Counted from the stretch's first letter, positions 8,347 to 16,850 are shown. The stretch: DNA of 41,642 nucleotides from a virus (IMGVR_UViG_2541047897_000010), one strand, 5' to 3'. Notes: generated from the letters alone by a model not told the origin. Translations and numbers: made by a program.

Positions 8347-9161
8347 GTATGGAGCTGATGGTTAAAGCGATGAAAATTCGAGTGGGTAATCCATTGCGAA
8401 AACTGGTTCTGATCAAGCTGGCTGATAATGCCAGCGATCAGGGTGAGTGCTGGCCCAGCTACCAGCATATTGCTGACCAGTGCGAGATTAGCAAACGTTC
8501 TGTGATGAATCATATTGCGGCCCTTTGTGATTCCGGGCTGGTAAAAAAAGTCACCCGGAAAGGTGAAAAAGGTAACTCAAGTAATATCTATCTCCTTCAT
8601 CTTGATGGTGCAGGAGATTCACTAGGGGGTAGTGCAAATAATTCACTATCTGGTGCAGCAAATTCACCAGGTAGTGCAGGAGTTGCACCAGGGGGTGGTG
8701 CAGGAGATTCACCCAGAACCAGTCACTCTTTTGAACCAGTCAAAGAACCAGTCAATGAACCAATAGCTGTTGGTGCATCAGTTGATGAGTCCGTGCGAGT
8801 TCGTTCAAACCGACCGGAATACTCTCCGGAGTTTGAGCAGGCATGGCTGGCATACCCCAAACGTGCTGGTGGCAATTCAAAATCTGCAGCCTTCAAAGCC
8901 TGGAAAGCCCGTTTGAATGAGGGGGTAAAACCCGAAACCATGCTGGAAGGTGTGAAACGCTACGCGGGCTGGGTATCTGCGATGGGTAACAGCGGCACAC
9001 AATTTGTGAAACAGGCTGTCACGTTCTTTGGTCCGGATCGTCATTTCGAAGAATCCTGGGAAGTTCCTGCGGTATCTGCAGCCAGACGCGAGGACCCGTA
9101 CTTCAAAGCCAGTTACGACAACGTGGACTACAGCCAGATCCCGGCAGGATTCAGGGGGTAA
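8343..9161 (+). CDS. Replication initiation protein with N-terminal HTH (O-like / HTH_36-type)
   Basis: ATG 8343 with GGAGG SD; N-terminal HTH-like region (LIKLADNASDQGECWPSYQHIADQCEISKRSVMNHIAAL); low-complexity central linker encoded by iteron-like repeats. Confidence 0.55.
   Translation: MSMELMVKAMKIRVGNPLRKLVLIKLADNASDQGECWPSYQHIADQCEISKRSVMNHIAALCDSGLVKKVTRKGEKGNSSNIYLLHLDGAGDSLGGSANNSLSGAANSPGSAGVAPGGGAGDSPRTSHSFEPVKEPVNEPIAVGASVDESVRVRSNRPEYSPEFEQAWLAYPKRAGGNSKSAAFKAWKARLNEGVKPETMLEGVKRYAGWVSAMGNSGTQFVKQAVTFFGPDRHFEESWEVPAVSAARREDPYFKASYDNVDYSQIPAGFRG
8607..8714. repeat. Five tandem 21-bp direct repeats (iteron-like, candidate ori)
   Basis: Repeats with core GTGCAG-A-ATTCAC at 8607, 8628, 8652, 8673, 8694 inside the O-like gene. 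Confidence 0.4.
8716..8766. repeat. 12-bp tandem repeats GAACCAGTCA (3-4 copies)
   Basis: GAACCAGTCA at 8716, 8733, 8745 and partial copy at 8757. Confidence 0.4.
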
Positions 9162-9163
9162 TC

Positions 9164-9652
9164 ATGAGTCTTTTGAATGAAGTTCAGAAATTCATTGAAG
9201 CCCATCCGGGGTGTACTTCCGGAGACATTGCAGATGCTTTTGCAGGTTACTCACGGCAGCGCGTTCTGCAGTCAGCAAGCAAGTTACGTCAGAGTGGGCG
9301 TGTGGCTCACCGTTGTGAAGGAGATACACGCAGACATTTCCCGCGCCTGACTGAGAGAGCGCAGGAGCCGGAACCACAACCAGTTCGTGAAACCAGACCT
9401 GTGCGCAATTTCTATGTCGGCACTAACGATCCCCGGGTAATTTTGTGCCTGACCCGCCAGGCTGAAGAACTGGAGTCCAGGGGCTTATACCGTCGTGCTG
9501 CAACGGTGTGGATGGCGGCATTCCGTGAAAGCCACTCCCAGCCAGAACGAAACAATTTTCTGGCGCGTCGTGAGCGGTGCTTACGGAAAAGCAGCAAGCG
9601 CGCTGTATCGGGTGAAGAGTGGTATCTGTCAGGGAATTACGTGGGGGCTTAA
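9164..9652 (+). CDS. PerC-like transcriptional regulator
   Basis: Motif AEELESRGLYRRAATVWMAAF matching the recalled PerC family signature. Confidence 0.45.
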   Translation: MSLLNEVQKFIEAHPGCTSGDIADAFAGYSRQRVLQSASKLRQSGRVAHRCEGDTRRHFPRLTERAQEPEPQPVRETRPVRNFYVGTNDPRVILCLTRQAEELESRGLYRRAATVWMAAFRESHSQPERNNFLARRERCLRKSSKRAVSGEEWYLSGNYVGA

Positions 9653-10305
9653 TGAGTAATAAATATTGCCAGGCGCTGGTGGAGCTGCGGAACAAACCAG
9701 CCCATGAACTGAAGGAAGTGGGCGATCAGTGGCGCACGCCGGATAACATTTTCTGGGGAATTAACACCCTGTTTGGCCCGTTTGTTCTGGATCTGTTCAC
9801 TGATGGTGATAACGCCAAATGTGCCGCTTATTACACTGCGGAAGACAACGCGCTGGCGCATGACTGGTCTGAACGTCTTGCGGAGCTTAAAGGTGCTGCC
9901 TTTGGTAATCCCCCGTACAGCCGCGCCAGTCAGCATGAAGGGCAATACATCACCGGCATGCGTTACATCATGAAGCATGCCAGTGCCATGCGTGATAAGG
10001 GCGGACGCTATGTTTTCCTGATCAAAGCTGCCACCAGCGAAGTGTGGTGGCCGGAAGATGCAGATCATATTGCTTTTATTCGCGGGCGTATTGGTTTTGA
10101 ACTGCCTGCCTGGTTTATCCCGAAGGACGAGAAGCAGGTGCCGACAGGCGCTTTCTTCGCTGGTGCTATTGCTGTTTTCGACAAGACCTGGAAGGGACCG
10201 GCAATCAGCTACATCGGGCGCGATGAACTTGAGGCATGTGGTGAGGCGTTTCTGGCGCAGGTTCGCCAGCAGGCAGAAAAACTGGTCAGGGAGATGGCGG
10301 CATGA
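9652..10305 (+). CDS. Phage DNA N6-adenine methyltransferase (Dam-type)
   Basis: NPPY catalytic motif (AFGNPPYS); TAATG overlap with upstream gene. Confidence 0.7.
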   Translation: MSNKYCQALVELRNKPAHELKEVGDQWRTPDNIFWGINTLFGPFVLDLFTDGDNAKCAAYYTAEDNALAHDWSERLAELKGAAFGNPPYSRASQHEGQYITGMRYIMKHASAMRDKGGRYVFLIKAATSEVWWPEDADHIAFIRGRIGFELPAWFIPKDEKQVPTGAFFAGAIAVFDKTWKGPAISYIGRDELEACGEAFLAQVRQQAEKLVREMAA

Positions 10306-10628
10306 CGACGTTAACTCAATGCCAGCAGCAGGTGCTGGATATGCTGATTTCTTATCAGAAAGAACGTGGCTTCCCGCCAACCAATCAGGAGGTGGCAACC
10401 ATGCTGGGATACCGTTCGGTGAATGCAGCGGTGGAGCATCTTCGCGCACTGGAGAAAAAAGGCGTCATCACGATAAAGCGTGGCGTGGCCCGGGGCATCA
10501 CGCTTCATACCGCGGTGAAGGACGACGGCAGCGAGGCGGTCGGGATTATCCGCGCACTGCTTGCCGGTGAGGAAAACGCCAGGCTGCGTGCAGCCCACTG
10601 GTTACATGAGAGGGGGCTGAAAGTATGA
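10302..10628 (+). CDS. LexA N-terminal DNA-binding-domain homologue lacking the S24 peptidase domain
   Basis: 108 aa; residues QQQVLDML...GFPPTNQEVA..LGYRSVNAAVEHLRALEKKGVI...RGITL align with the LexA winged-helix N-domain; no cleavage-site/Ser-Lys domain. Confidence 0.55.
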   Translation: MTTLTQCQQQVLDMLISYQKERGFPPTNQEVATMLGYRSVNAAVEHLRALEKKGVITIKRGVARGITLHTAVKDDGSEAVGIIRALLAGEENARLRAAHWLHERGLKV

Positions 10629-11014
10629 AGCTAATACTGCCTTTCCCGCCCAGCGTGAACACGTACTGGCGACACCCCAACAAAGGGGCGTTTGCTGGTA
10701 AGAGCCTGATAAGCGCGGCGGGGCGAAAATTCCAGAGCGCGGCGTGTGCAGCAATAGTTGAGCAGTTACGTCGTCTGCCAAAACCAACGTCGGCACCTGC
10801 TTCAGTGGAGATCGTGTTGTTTCCTCCGGATAACCGGATCCGCGATCTGGACAACTATAACAAGGCGCTGTTTGACGCCCTGACCCACGCGGGGGTGTGG
10901 GAAGACGACAGACAGGTGAAAAGAATGCTGGTGGAGTGGGGACCGGTTATCCCGAAAGGGAAGGTCGAGATCACTATCAGTAAGTACAAGAAAACGGCGG
11001 GTGCAGCCGCCTGA
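10625..11014 (+). CDS. rusA: RusA Holliday-junction resolvase
   Basis: 129 aa; N-terminal LPFPPSVNTYW and acidic catalytic region typical of RusA. Confidence 0.8.
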   Translation: MKLILPFPPSVNTYWRHPNKGAFAGKSLISAAGRKFQSAACAAIVEQLRRLPKPTSAPASVEIVLFPPDNRIRDLDNYNKALFDALTHAGVWEDDRQVKRMLVEWGPVIPKGKVEITISKYKKTAGAAA

Positions 11015-11033
11015 TTAAGAGGAGAAACGAAGT

Positions 11034-11843
11034 ATGAATAATCTGATGGTCATTGATGGTATTGAAGTTCGTCGTGATGCTTATGGTCGTTACAGCCTGA
11101 ACGATCTGCACAGGGCAGCCGGGGGAGAACAAAAAAACCGCCCGAAATACTGGCTCTCCAATAAGCAAACCTGTGAATTGATTGAACAACTTTTCACCGA
11201 GGGTGGAATTCCGCCTCTGGAACAAAATCAACCAGTTAGCGTCATTAATGGCGGAAATAACCAGGGGACGTATGTCTGCAAAGAACTGGTGTATGCCTAT
11301 GCAATGTGGATCAGCCCGTCATTCCATCTGAAGGTGATCCGTACTTTCGATATGGTAACCAGCGCACCGGAAAAATTATCCGGGCAGGCTGCTGACAAGA
11401 TGCAGGCTGGTGTGATTCTGCTGGACTTTATGCGTCGGGAATTAAACCTGTCTAACTCATCTGTGCTTGGGGCTTGTCAGAAACTCCAGGAGGCTGTTGG
11501 CTTACCGAATCTGGCTCCGCGCTATGCAATTGATGCTCCTGCCGATGCACCCGATGGCTCAAGTCGCCCTACGCTGTCACTGAGTGCACTGCTGAAGCAG
11601 TATGGTATCCGCCTGACGGCTAATCAGGCATATCACCAGATGGTGAAGCTGGGGATCGTCGAGCAGCGCGAACGATACAGCCGTACCGCGATTAACAACA
11701 TCAAAAAATTCTGGTCGCTGACAGCGAAAGGCTGCATGTTCGGCAAGAACATCACCAGTCCCGCAAATCCGCGCGAGACGCAGCCGCATTTCTTCGAATC
11801 CCGATTCCCTGAGCTGTTAAAGCTGCTCGATACCGTTCATTGA
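11034..11843 (+). CDS. KilA-N domain protein (possible antirepressor)
   Basis: AGGAG SD; N-terminal KilA-N-like region (YSLNDLHRAAGG...RPKYWL). Confidence 0.6.
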   Translation: MNNLMVIDGIEVRRDAYGRYSLNDLHRAAGGEQKNRPKYWLSNKQTCELIEQLFTEGGIPPLEQNQPVSVINGGNNQGTYVCKELVYAYAMWISPSFHLKVIRTFDMVTSAPEKLSGQAADKMQAGVILLDFMRRELNLSNSSVLGACQKLQEAVGLPNLAPRYAIDAPADAPDGSSRPTLSLSALLKQYGIRLTANQAYHQMVKLGIVEQRERYSRTAINNIKKFWSLTAKGCMFGKNITSPANPRETQPHFFESRFPELLKLLDTVH

Positions 11844-11844
11844 G

Positions 11845-12840
11845 GTGACCGTGAGAGCATTACTGACCCCTGAAATTGCCCCGCGTATGGGGATCGTATT
11901 GTTCAGACCCGGTTCAGAGCTGATGCCCCTGTTTATGCAGGGGCGTGTCCTGCTGGAGCCTGAGCCAGAACGTTATTCATCTTTTGCCAGTGGTGCCGTT
12001 CCGGCGGCATCACAACCGCTGGCGGATGATCCTGCTGTTCGGGCCGTGTTCCGCAATGAGGCAGTGATCCGTCGTGCTGGTGGCGTGGAATGTCTTGAAA
12101 GCTGGTTACTTCGTGAAAAAGGCTGCCAGTGGCCTCATTCCGACTGGCACAGCGAGAACATGACAACAATGCGACACGCTCCGGGCGCAATCCGTCTGTG
12201 CTGGCACTGCGATAACCAGCTGCGCGATCAGTTCACGGAACGGCTGGAATCAATGGCAACGGATAACTGTGCCCGCTGGGTGTTGTCTGTTGTGCGTCGG
12301 GATCTCGGTTTTGATGACAGTCACGTTGTGACAATGCCGGAACTGTGCTGGTGGCTGGTTCGTAATGATCTGGCGGATGCCTTACCGGAAAGCGCAGCCC
12401 GTAAGGCACTGAGATTACCGAATCCTGTTGTGCCGTCTGTCACCCGGGAAAGTGACCTTGTGCCTTCGGTTCCTGCCACCAGCATCATCCAGGATAAGGC
12501 GAAAAAGGTGCTGGCGCTGAAAGTGGATCCGGAGTCGCCGGAGTCTTTTATGTTACGCCCAAAACGTCGCCGCTGGGTTAATGAAAAGTACACGCGCTGG
12601 GTTAAGACACAGCCGTGCGCATGTTGTGGAAAGCCTGCTGATGATCCTCACCACCTGATAGGCCACGGTCAGGGGGGAATGGGTACAAAAGCGCATGACC
12701 TCTTTGTGTTGCCTTTGTGCAGAAAGCATCACGACGAGCTGCATGCGGATACCGTGGCATTTGAAGAGAAGTATGGCTCCCAGCTGGAGCTGATATTTCG
12801 TTTTATCGATCGTGCGCTGGCAATAGGCGTACTGGCGTAA
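11845..12840 (+). CDS. DUF968-domain protein (HNH-like Cys/His C-terminus)
   Basis: C-terminal CACCGKPADDPHHLIGHG...CRKHHDELH; start uncertain (GTG 11845 or 11851). Confidence 0.5.
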   Translation: MTVRALLTPEIAPRMGIVLFRPGSELMPLFMQGRVLLEPEPERYSSFASGAVPAASQPLADDPAVRAVFRNEAVIRRAGGVECLESWLLREKGCQWPHSDWHSENMTTMRHAPGAIRLCWHCDNQLRDQFTERLESMATDNCARWVLSVVRRDLGFDDSHVVTMPELCWWLVRNDLADALPESAARKALRLPNPVVPSVTRESDLVPSVPATSIIQDKAKKVLALKVDPESPESFMLRPKRRRWVNEKYTRWVKTQPCACCGKPADDPHHLIGHGQGGMGTKAHDLFVLPLCRKHHDELHADTVAFEEKYGSQLELIFRFIDRALAIGVLA

Positions 12841-12853
12841 GTGGAGAACGAGC

Positions 12854-13606
12854 ATGAACCTTGAAGCCTTACCAAAATATTACTCCCCAAAATCTCCAAA
12901 ACTGAGCGATGACGCACCGGCGACAGGCTCGGGTGGTTTAACGATTACGGATGTGATGGCTGCGCAGGGGATGGTGCAGTCGAAAGCACCGCTTGGGTTT
13001 GCCTTATTTCTGGCAAAAGTTGGTGTTCAGGATCCTCAGTTTGCGATTGAAGGTCTGCTCAATTACGCGATGGCACTGGATAACCCGACATTGAACAAAT
13101 TGAGTGAAGAAACCCGGTTACAGATCATCCCTTACCTTGTGAATTTTGCCTTTGCTGATTATTCCAGGTCTGCGGCAAGTAAGGCTCGCTGTGGGCATTG
13201 TGCTGGTACTGGATTTCATAATGTATTGCGCGAAGTGGTGAAACACTACAGACGCGGGGAATCTGTTATCAAGGAAGAGTGGGTGAAGGAACTATGTCAG
13301 CATTGCCATGGTAAGGGAGAAGTCAGCACAGCGTGCAGAGGGTGTAAGGGTAAAGGTATTGTCCTGGATGAAAAAAGGACCCGGCTTCATGGCACGCCTG
13401 TTTATAAGATTTGTGGGCGTTGCAATGGAAACCGGTTTAGCCGTTTACCAACCACACTGGCGCGGCATCATGTCCAGAAGCTGGTACCAGACCTGACGGA
13501 TTATCAGTGGTACAAAGGATATGCAGATGTCATTGATAAACTGGTGACAAAGTGCTGGCAGGAAGAAGCATATGCTGAGGCGCAATTAAGAAAAGTGACG
13601 AGATAA
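12854..13606 (+). CDS. Late-gene antiterminator Q-like protein
   Basis: Multiple CxxC/HxxC zinc-binding pairs (CGHCAGTG, CQHCHGKG, CRGCKGKG, CGRCNGN); position before lysis genes and PR'-like promoter/terminator. Confidence 0.6.
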   Translation: MNLEALPKYYSPKSPKLSDDAPATGSGGLTITDVMAAQGMVQSKAPLGFALFLAKVGVQDPQFAIEGLLNYAMALDNPTLNKLSEETRLQIIPYLVNFAFADYSRSAASKARCGHCAGTGFHNVLREVVKHYRRGESVIKEEWVKELCQHCHGKGEVSTACRGCKGKGIVLDEKRTRLHGTPVYKICGRCNGNRFSRLPTTLARHHVQKLVPDLTDYQWYKGYADVIDKLVTKCWQEEAYAEAQLRKVTR

Positions 13607-13638
13607 ATGATTTTCGCCGAAGATAGCGACATGATTCT

Positions 13639-13673
13639 TGCATTTTTCAAAAAATCTGGTTAGGATTCTCCTA
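13639..13673 (+). promoter_or_regulatory. Candidate late promoter (PR'-like)
   Basis: TTGCAT - 17 bp - TAGGAT about 45 nt upstream of the terminator hairpin. Confidence 0.25.
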
Positions 13674-13716
13674 ACGATGGGCTTTGTATGTCTGCCGTTA
13701 ACGAAATCATAACAAA

Positions 13717-13737
13717 CCTCGCTTCGGCGGGGTTTTT
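13717..13737 (+). terminator. tR'-like rho-independent terminator (target for Q antitermination)
   Basis: CCTCGC-TTCG-GCGGGG stem-loop followed by TTTTT. Confidence 0.5.
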
Positions 13738-13756
13738 GCTTTTCTGGAGGTCAATA

Positions 13757-14014
13757 ATGCAGGGCGAAAAGCAGCAGCCATATTTTTTTAATCCTGGTAT
13801 GACTGTTGAACAGCTTGAAGACTGGCTGGAGCAGCAAAAGCTTCATCTAAGCCGCTATAGCCGTCTGGTAAAAGAAAAAGCAGAGCTTGAAGAACGGCTC
13901 AGTGATATTTCTGTGGAAATTGAACGAATGTCTGCTGGTGGTTTTAACGGAAAGTTGAGTTTCCCTTGGGAGTCAAGTTCGCTTCTGAGAAATCATCAAC
14001 AGGGTAGTATTTGA
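13757..14014 (+). CDS. Hypothetical coiled-coil protein at start of late operon
   Basis: ATG 13757 with GGAGG SD (6-nt spacing); ORF track version from 13688 would cross the terminator. Confidence 0.4.
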   Translation: MQGEKQQPYFFNPGMTVEQLEDWLEQQKLHLSRYSRLVKEKAELEERLSDISVEIERMSAGGFNGKLSFPWESSSLLRNHQQGSI

Positions 14015-14093
14015 CTGAAATAATAAACAGACTGTCATTAAGATCCCTTCCCCTCATATCTGAGAGGACCAACAGCAATTAAGAGGGGGCTAA

Positions 14094-14480
14094 ATGTCCG
14101 ATCCGATTTCCGGTACTGGGCTGGCTGGTGGTGCCCTGACGGGTGCCAGTGTTTATGGACTGCTGACCGGAACTGATTACGGCGTTGTATTTGGCGCATT
14201 TGCAGGGGCTGTATTCTACATAGCAACAGCAGCAGATCTGAGTGCATCGCGCCGACTGGCATATTTTATTGTGTCATATATTGCCGGGATTCTTTGCTCT
14301 GGGTTGGTTGGCTCCAAGCTGGCGAACTTGACCGGATACAGTGATAAACCTCTGGATGCTATTGGTGCCGTAATCGTCTCTGCTTTAGCCGTTAAAATCC
14401 TGACGTTCCTGAATAATCAGGATATCGGCTCGCTGGTGGCGCTCATAACGCGCCGGGGAGGTTCAGGTGGAGCTAAATGA
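14094..14480 (+). CDS. Holin-like multi-pass membrane protein
   Basis: 128 aa, strong SD (AAGAGGGGG), Gly/Ala-rich hydrophobic segments, first gene of lysis cassette. Confidence 0.5.
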   Translation: MSDPISGTGLAGGALTGASVYGLLTGTDYGVVFGAFAGAVFYIATAADLSASRRLAYFIVSYIAGILCSGLVGSKLANLTGYSDKPLDAIGAVIVSALAVKILTFLNNQDIGSLVALITRRGGSGGAK

Positions 14481-14748
14481 CCCGACAGCAACTATAAATG
14501 CGCTGTTATGTGCTTGTGTTGTTATTACTCTGATGTTTTATCGTCGTGGTGATTCGCGGCATCGTCCTTGGGTTTCACGTTTAGCCTGGCTGATTACTGT
14601 TACATACAGTGCTGTTCCGTTGGCCTATCTCTGTGGGATTTATCCTCATTCCTCATGGCCCATTATCGTGGCGAACACTATTTTTCTTTCCGTGCTGGTG
14701 GCCGTCAGAGGCAACGTTGCACGTCTGGTTGATCATCTGAGGCACTAA
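14467..14748 (+). CDS. Second holin/antiholin-like small membrane protein (3 predicted TM)
   Basis: 93 aa, GTG start with GGGGAGG SD, overlaps previous gene, precedes endolysin. Confidence 0.45.
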   Translation: MELNDPTATINALLCACVVITLMFYRRGDSRHRPWVSRLAWLITVTYSAVPLAYLCGIYPHSSWPIIVANTIFLSVLVAVRGNVARLVDHLRH

Positions 14749-15362
14749 TGAACCAACAATTATTTCAAAAGGCGGCTGGTATTAGCGCCGGGCTGGCTGC
14801 GCGCTGGTTTCCGCACATTGATGCGGCGATGAAGGAATTCGGCATTACAGCACCAGCGGATCAGGCAATGTTTATCGCTCAGGTAGGCCATGAGTCGATG
14901 GGGTTTAGCGCCGTAGTTGAAAATTTTAACTACACACCATCTGCGCTGGTGGCGACGTTCGGAAAGAGGATCACACAGCAGCAGGCTGATGCCCTTGGCA
15001 GAACATCCGGACATGCAGCTCGTCAGGATGCTATTGCCAATCTGGTGTATAGCAACAGACTGGGTAACAAAGCACCAGGTGATGGCTGGAAATATCGTGG
15101 TAGAGGATTAATTCAAATCACTGGCCTCCATAATTATCGCATCTGTGGCGCGGCGCTGAAGTTAGATCTGGTGACTTCACCTGAACAACTGGAACAGGAA
15201 CTACAGGCTGCGCGCTCAGCTGCATGGTTCTACACCTCTAAAGGTTGCATGATCTACGGTGCCGATATTAACCGTGTTACGCGCATCATTAACGGCGGTT
15301 TGAACGGTATTGAGGATCGTAAGGTCCGATACAACAAGGCGCGGGCGGCGCTGCTGGTATGA
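14748..15362 (+). CDS. Endolysin, glycoside hydrolase family 19 (chitinase-like lysozyme)
   Basis: 204 aa with GH19-like motifs (FIAQVGHES, NYRICGAALKLDL, GRGLIQITG). Confidence 0.75.
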   Translation: MNQQLFQKAAGISAGLAARWFPHIDAAMKEFGITAPADQAMFIAQVGHESMGFSAVVENFNYTPSALVATFGKRITQQQADALGRTSGHAARQDAIANLVYSNRLGNKAPGDGWKYRGRGLIQITGLHNYRICGAALKLDLVTSPEQLEQELQAARSAAWFYTSKGCMIYGADINRVTRIINGGLNGIEDRKVRYNKARAALLV

Positions 15363-15751
15363 AGATGAGTTATTGGGCGCTCATTTTAACGTTTATTGCT
15401 TGTGTCGCTGGTGGTCTTGTCTGGTCAGCGAATCACTATCATGGAAAGTTTCTGGAGGAGCAGAAGCGTGCTGATGCTGCGGAACAGCGAGCTGATTCTA
15501 CTGAGGCTATCACCGCGAATGTTCTGCGTACTATGGCAATAACGAACATCATTCAGGAGGCGAATCAACATGCAAAACAGCAGATCGCACTGGAGTCACA
15601 GAGAACCCAGGAAGATATCAAAGTGGCTGTTGCGGATGATGATTGTGCTTCACGTCCTGTGCCTGCTGCCGCTGCTGACCGGTTGCGGAAGTACGCGAAC
15701 AGTTTACGTCCAGGTTCCGGTAGTTCCGTTACCAGCCAGCCTGACGGCTGA
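15359..15751 (+). CDS. i-spanin (Rz-like)
   Basis: N-terminal TM then coiled-coil; ATGA overlap with endolysin stop. Confidence 0.6.
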   Translation: MKMSYWALILTFIACVAGGLVWSANHYHGKFLEEQKRADAAEQRADSTEAITANVLRTMAITNIIQEANQHAKQQIALESQRTQEDIKVAVADDDCASRPVPAAAADRLRKYANSLRPGSGSSVTSQPDG

Positions 15752-15905
15752 AACCCCTCAGCCTGATTTACCTGATCATTTTACGTGGGGCTCGAGCTTA
15801 GATCTGAATGTCGCCTTGTTGTCTGCATTGGCGCAGTGTAATACCGATAAAGCTGACATCAGAAGGATTGAAGTTGAGCGTGGTCACATCATGCAAAAAA
15901 AATGA
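15636..15905 (+). CDS. o-spanin lipoprotein (Rz1-like), overlapping Rz in +1 frame
   Basis: Signal peptide with lipobox LLTGC; Pro-rich; partly embedded in Rz gene. Confidence 0.6.
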   Translation: MMIVLHVLCLLPLLTGCGSTRTVYVQVPVVPLPASLTAETPQPDLPDHFTWGSSLDLNVALLSALAQCNTDKADIRRIEVERGHIMQKK

Positions 15906-15997
15906 TGTTAACTTTGTTTTGTTCCTTGATTTGATATGTGATGGCCCAATAGATACAAAGCACCTGATTTTGGTGACTCTTTTAAAGGGCTTTACAC

Positions 15998-16318
15998 ATG
16001 AAAGATGGTATCTATTTTGTTGTTTTCAGAAGCAATCAACGTGATTTTGGTAATGGTACCGTAGTTGTCAAAAACAATGCAGTAAACGGCGGAGATTTTG
16101 GTTTTACGTATCAGGGAAAAATTGACGGTAGCCAACTTATTCTGCGCGTATCGCAGCATGATTTAAATGTCACCTCGGTTTTCCCTGGGGTAAAGAACTT
16201 TGAATTGAGTCTTTCTTTGCAGGAACGAGGACGTGATTACCTGTTAAATGGATCTGTGGTCGGAATGCCTCAGATGCAGATTTCAATTAGTGCAAAATAC
16301 ATTGGTGATCTGATTTAG
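15998..16318 (+). CDS. Moron-encoded hypothetical protein (predicted beta-rich, no signal peptide)
   Basis: 106-aa ORF in sharply AT-rich insert between lysis cassette and HNH/terminase, followed by its own terminator. Confidence 0.5.
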   Translation: MKDGIYFVVFRSNQRDFGNGTVVVKNNAVNGGDFGFTYQGKIDGSQLILRVSQHDLNVTSVFPGVKNFELSLSLQERGRDYLLNGSVVGMPQMQISISAKYIGDLI

Positions 16319-16338
16319 TTTATCGAGATGATAATTGA

Positions 16339-16359
16339 ACCGCCTCCGGGCGGTTTTTT
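16339..16359 (+). terminator. Rho-independent terminator of moron
   Basis: ACCGCC-TCCG-GGCGGT stem-loop followed by TTTTTT. Confidence 0.55.
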
Positions 16360-16410
16360 ATTGCCATTTCTATGGTCTGTTCCATCGTAATAACTTAAAG
16401 GGAAGCATTA

Positions 16411-16761
16411 ATGCCGCCACGAACCCCGAAAGCCTGCCGTGTTCGCGGCTGCCGCCATACCACTACTGACCCTTCAGGCTACTGCGAAAGCCACAAAAGC
16501 GAAGGCTGGAAGCAATACAAACCTGGACAATCCCGTCATCAGCGCGGCTACGGTTCGAAGTGGGACAGTATCCGCGCGCGTGTTCTGAAGCGTGACAAAG
16601 GTCTGTGTCAGTTATGTCTGCGTGCTGGTGTGGTGCGTGAGGCGAAAACTGTTGACCACATCATCCCTAAAGCGCATGGCGGCACTGATGCTGACAGTAA
16701 TCTGCAGAGTCTGTGCTGGCCGTGTCATAAGGCGAAGACGGCCCGTGAACGGTTAAAGTGA
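16411..16761 (+). CDS. HNH endonuclease (terminase-associated)
   Basis: Cys pairs CRVRGC / CQLC and HNH core (VDHIIPKAHGG...CWPCH). Confidence 0.75.
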   Translation: MPPRTPKACRVRGCRHTTTDPSGYCESHKSEGWKQYKPGQSRHQRGYGSKWDSIRARVLKRDKGLCQLCLRAGVVREAKTVDHIIPKAHGGTDADSNLQSLCWPCHKAKTARERLK

Positions 16762-16787
16762 TAATAATTCTCAACTGTCTGAGGGGA

Positions 16788-16850
16788 GGGGCGGGTCAAA
16801 TCCCTGCAGCCTGACGTCTTCCGGACTGCCCGCCCCATCGTTTTTTTATA
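16788..16850. other. GC-rich inverted repeat with T-run between HNH and terminase small subunit; candidate cos-region element or terminator
   Basis: GGGGCGGG (16788-16795) and CCCGCCCC (16829-16836) followed by T7. Confidence 0.3.

Noticed and set aside
8607-8766. Possible CRISPR array from regularly spaced direct repeats
   Set aside because: Repeats are 21 and 12 bp with no unique spacers, lie inside a coding frame, and there are no cas genes; interpreted as iterons or linker-coding repeats.
9649-10449. 266-aa ORF on the minus strand
   Set aside because: Antisense to the Dam methylase and LexA-like genes, which carry recognisable motifs (NPPY, LexA helix); shadow ORF in GC-rich coding DNA.
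13688-14014. 108-aa version of the ORF after Q starting at 13688
   Set aside because: Its first 23 codons span the tR'-like terminator hairpin; internal ATG at 13757 with GGAGG SD is more credible.
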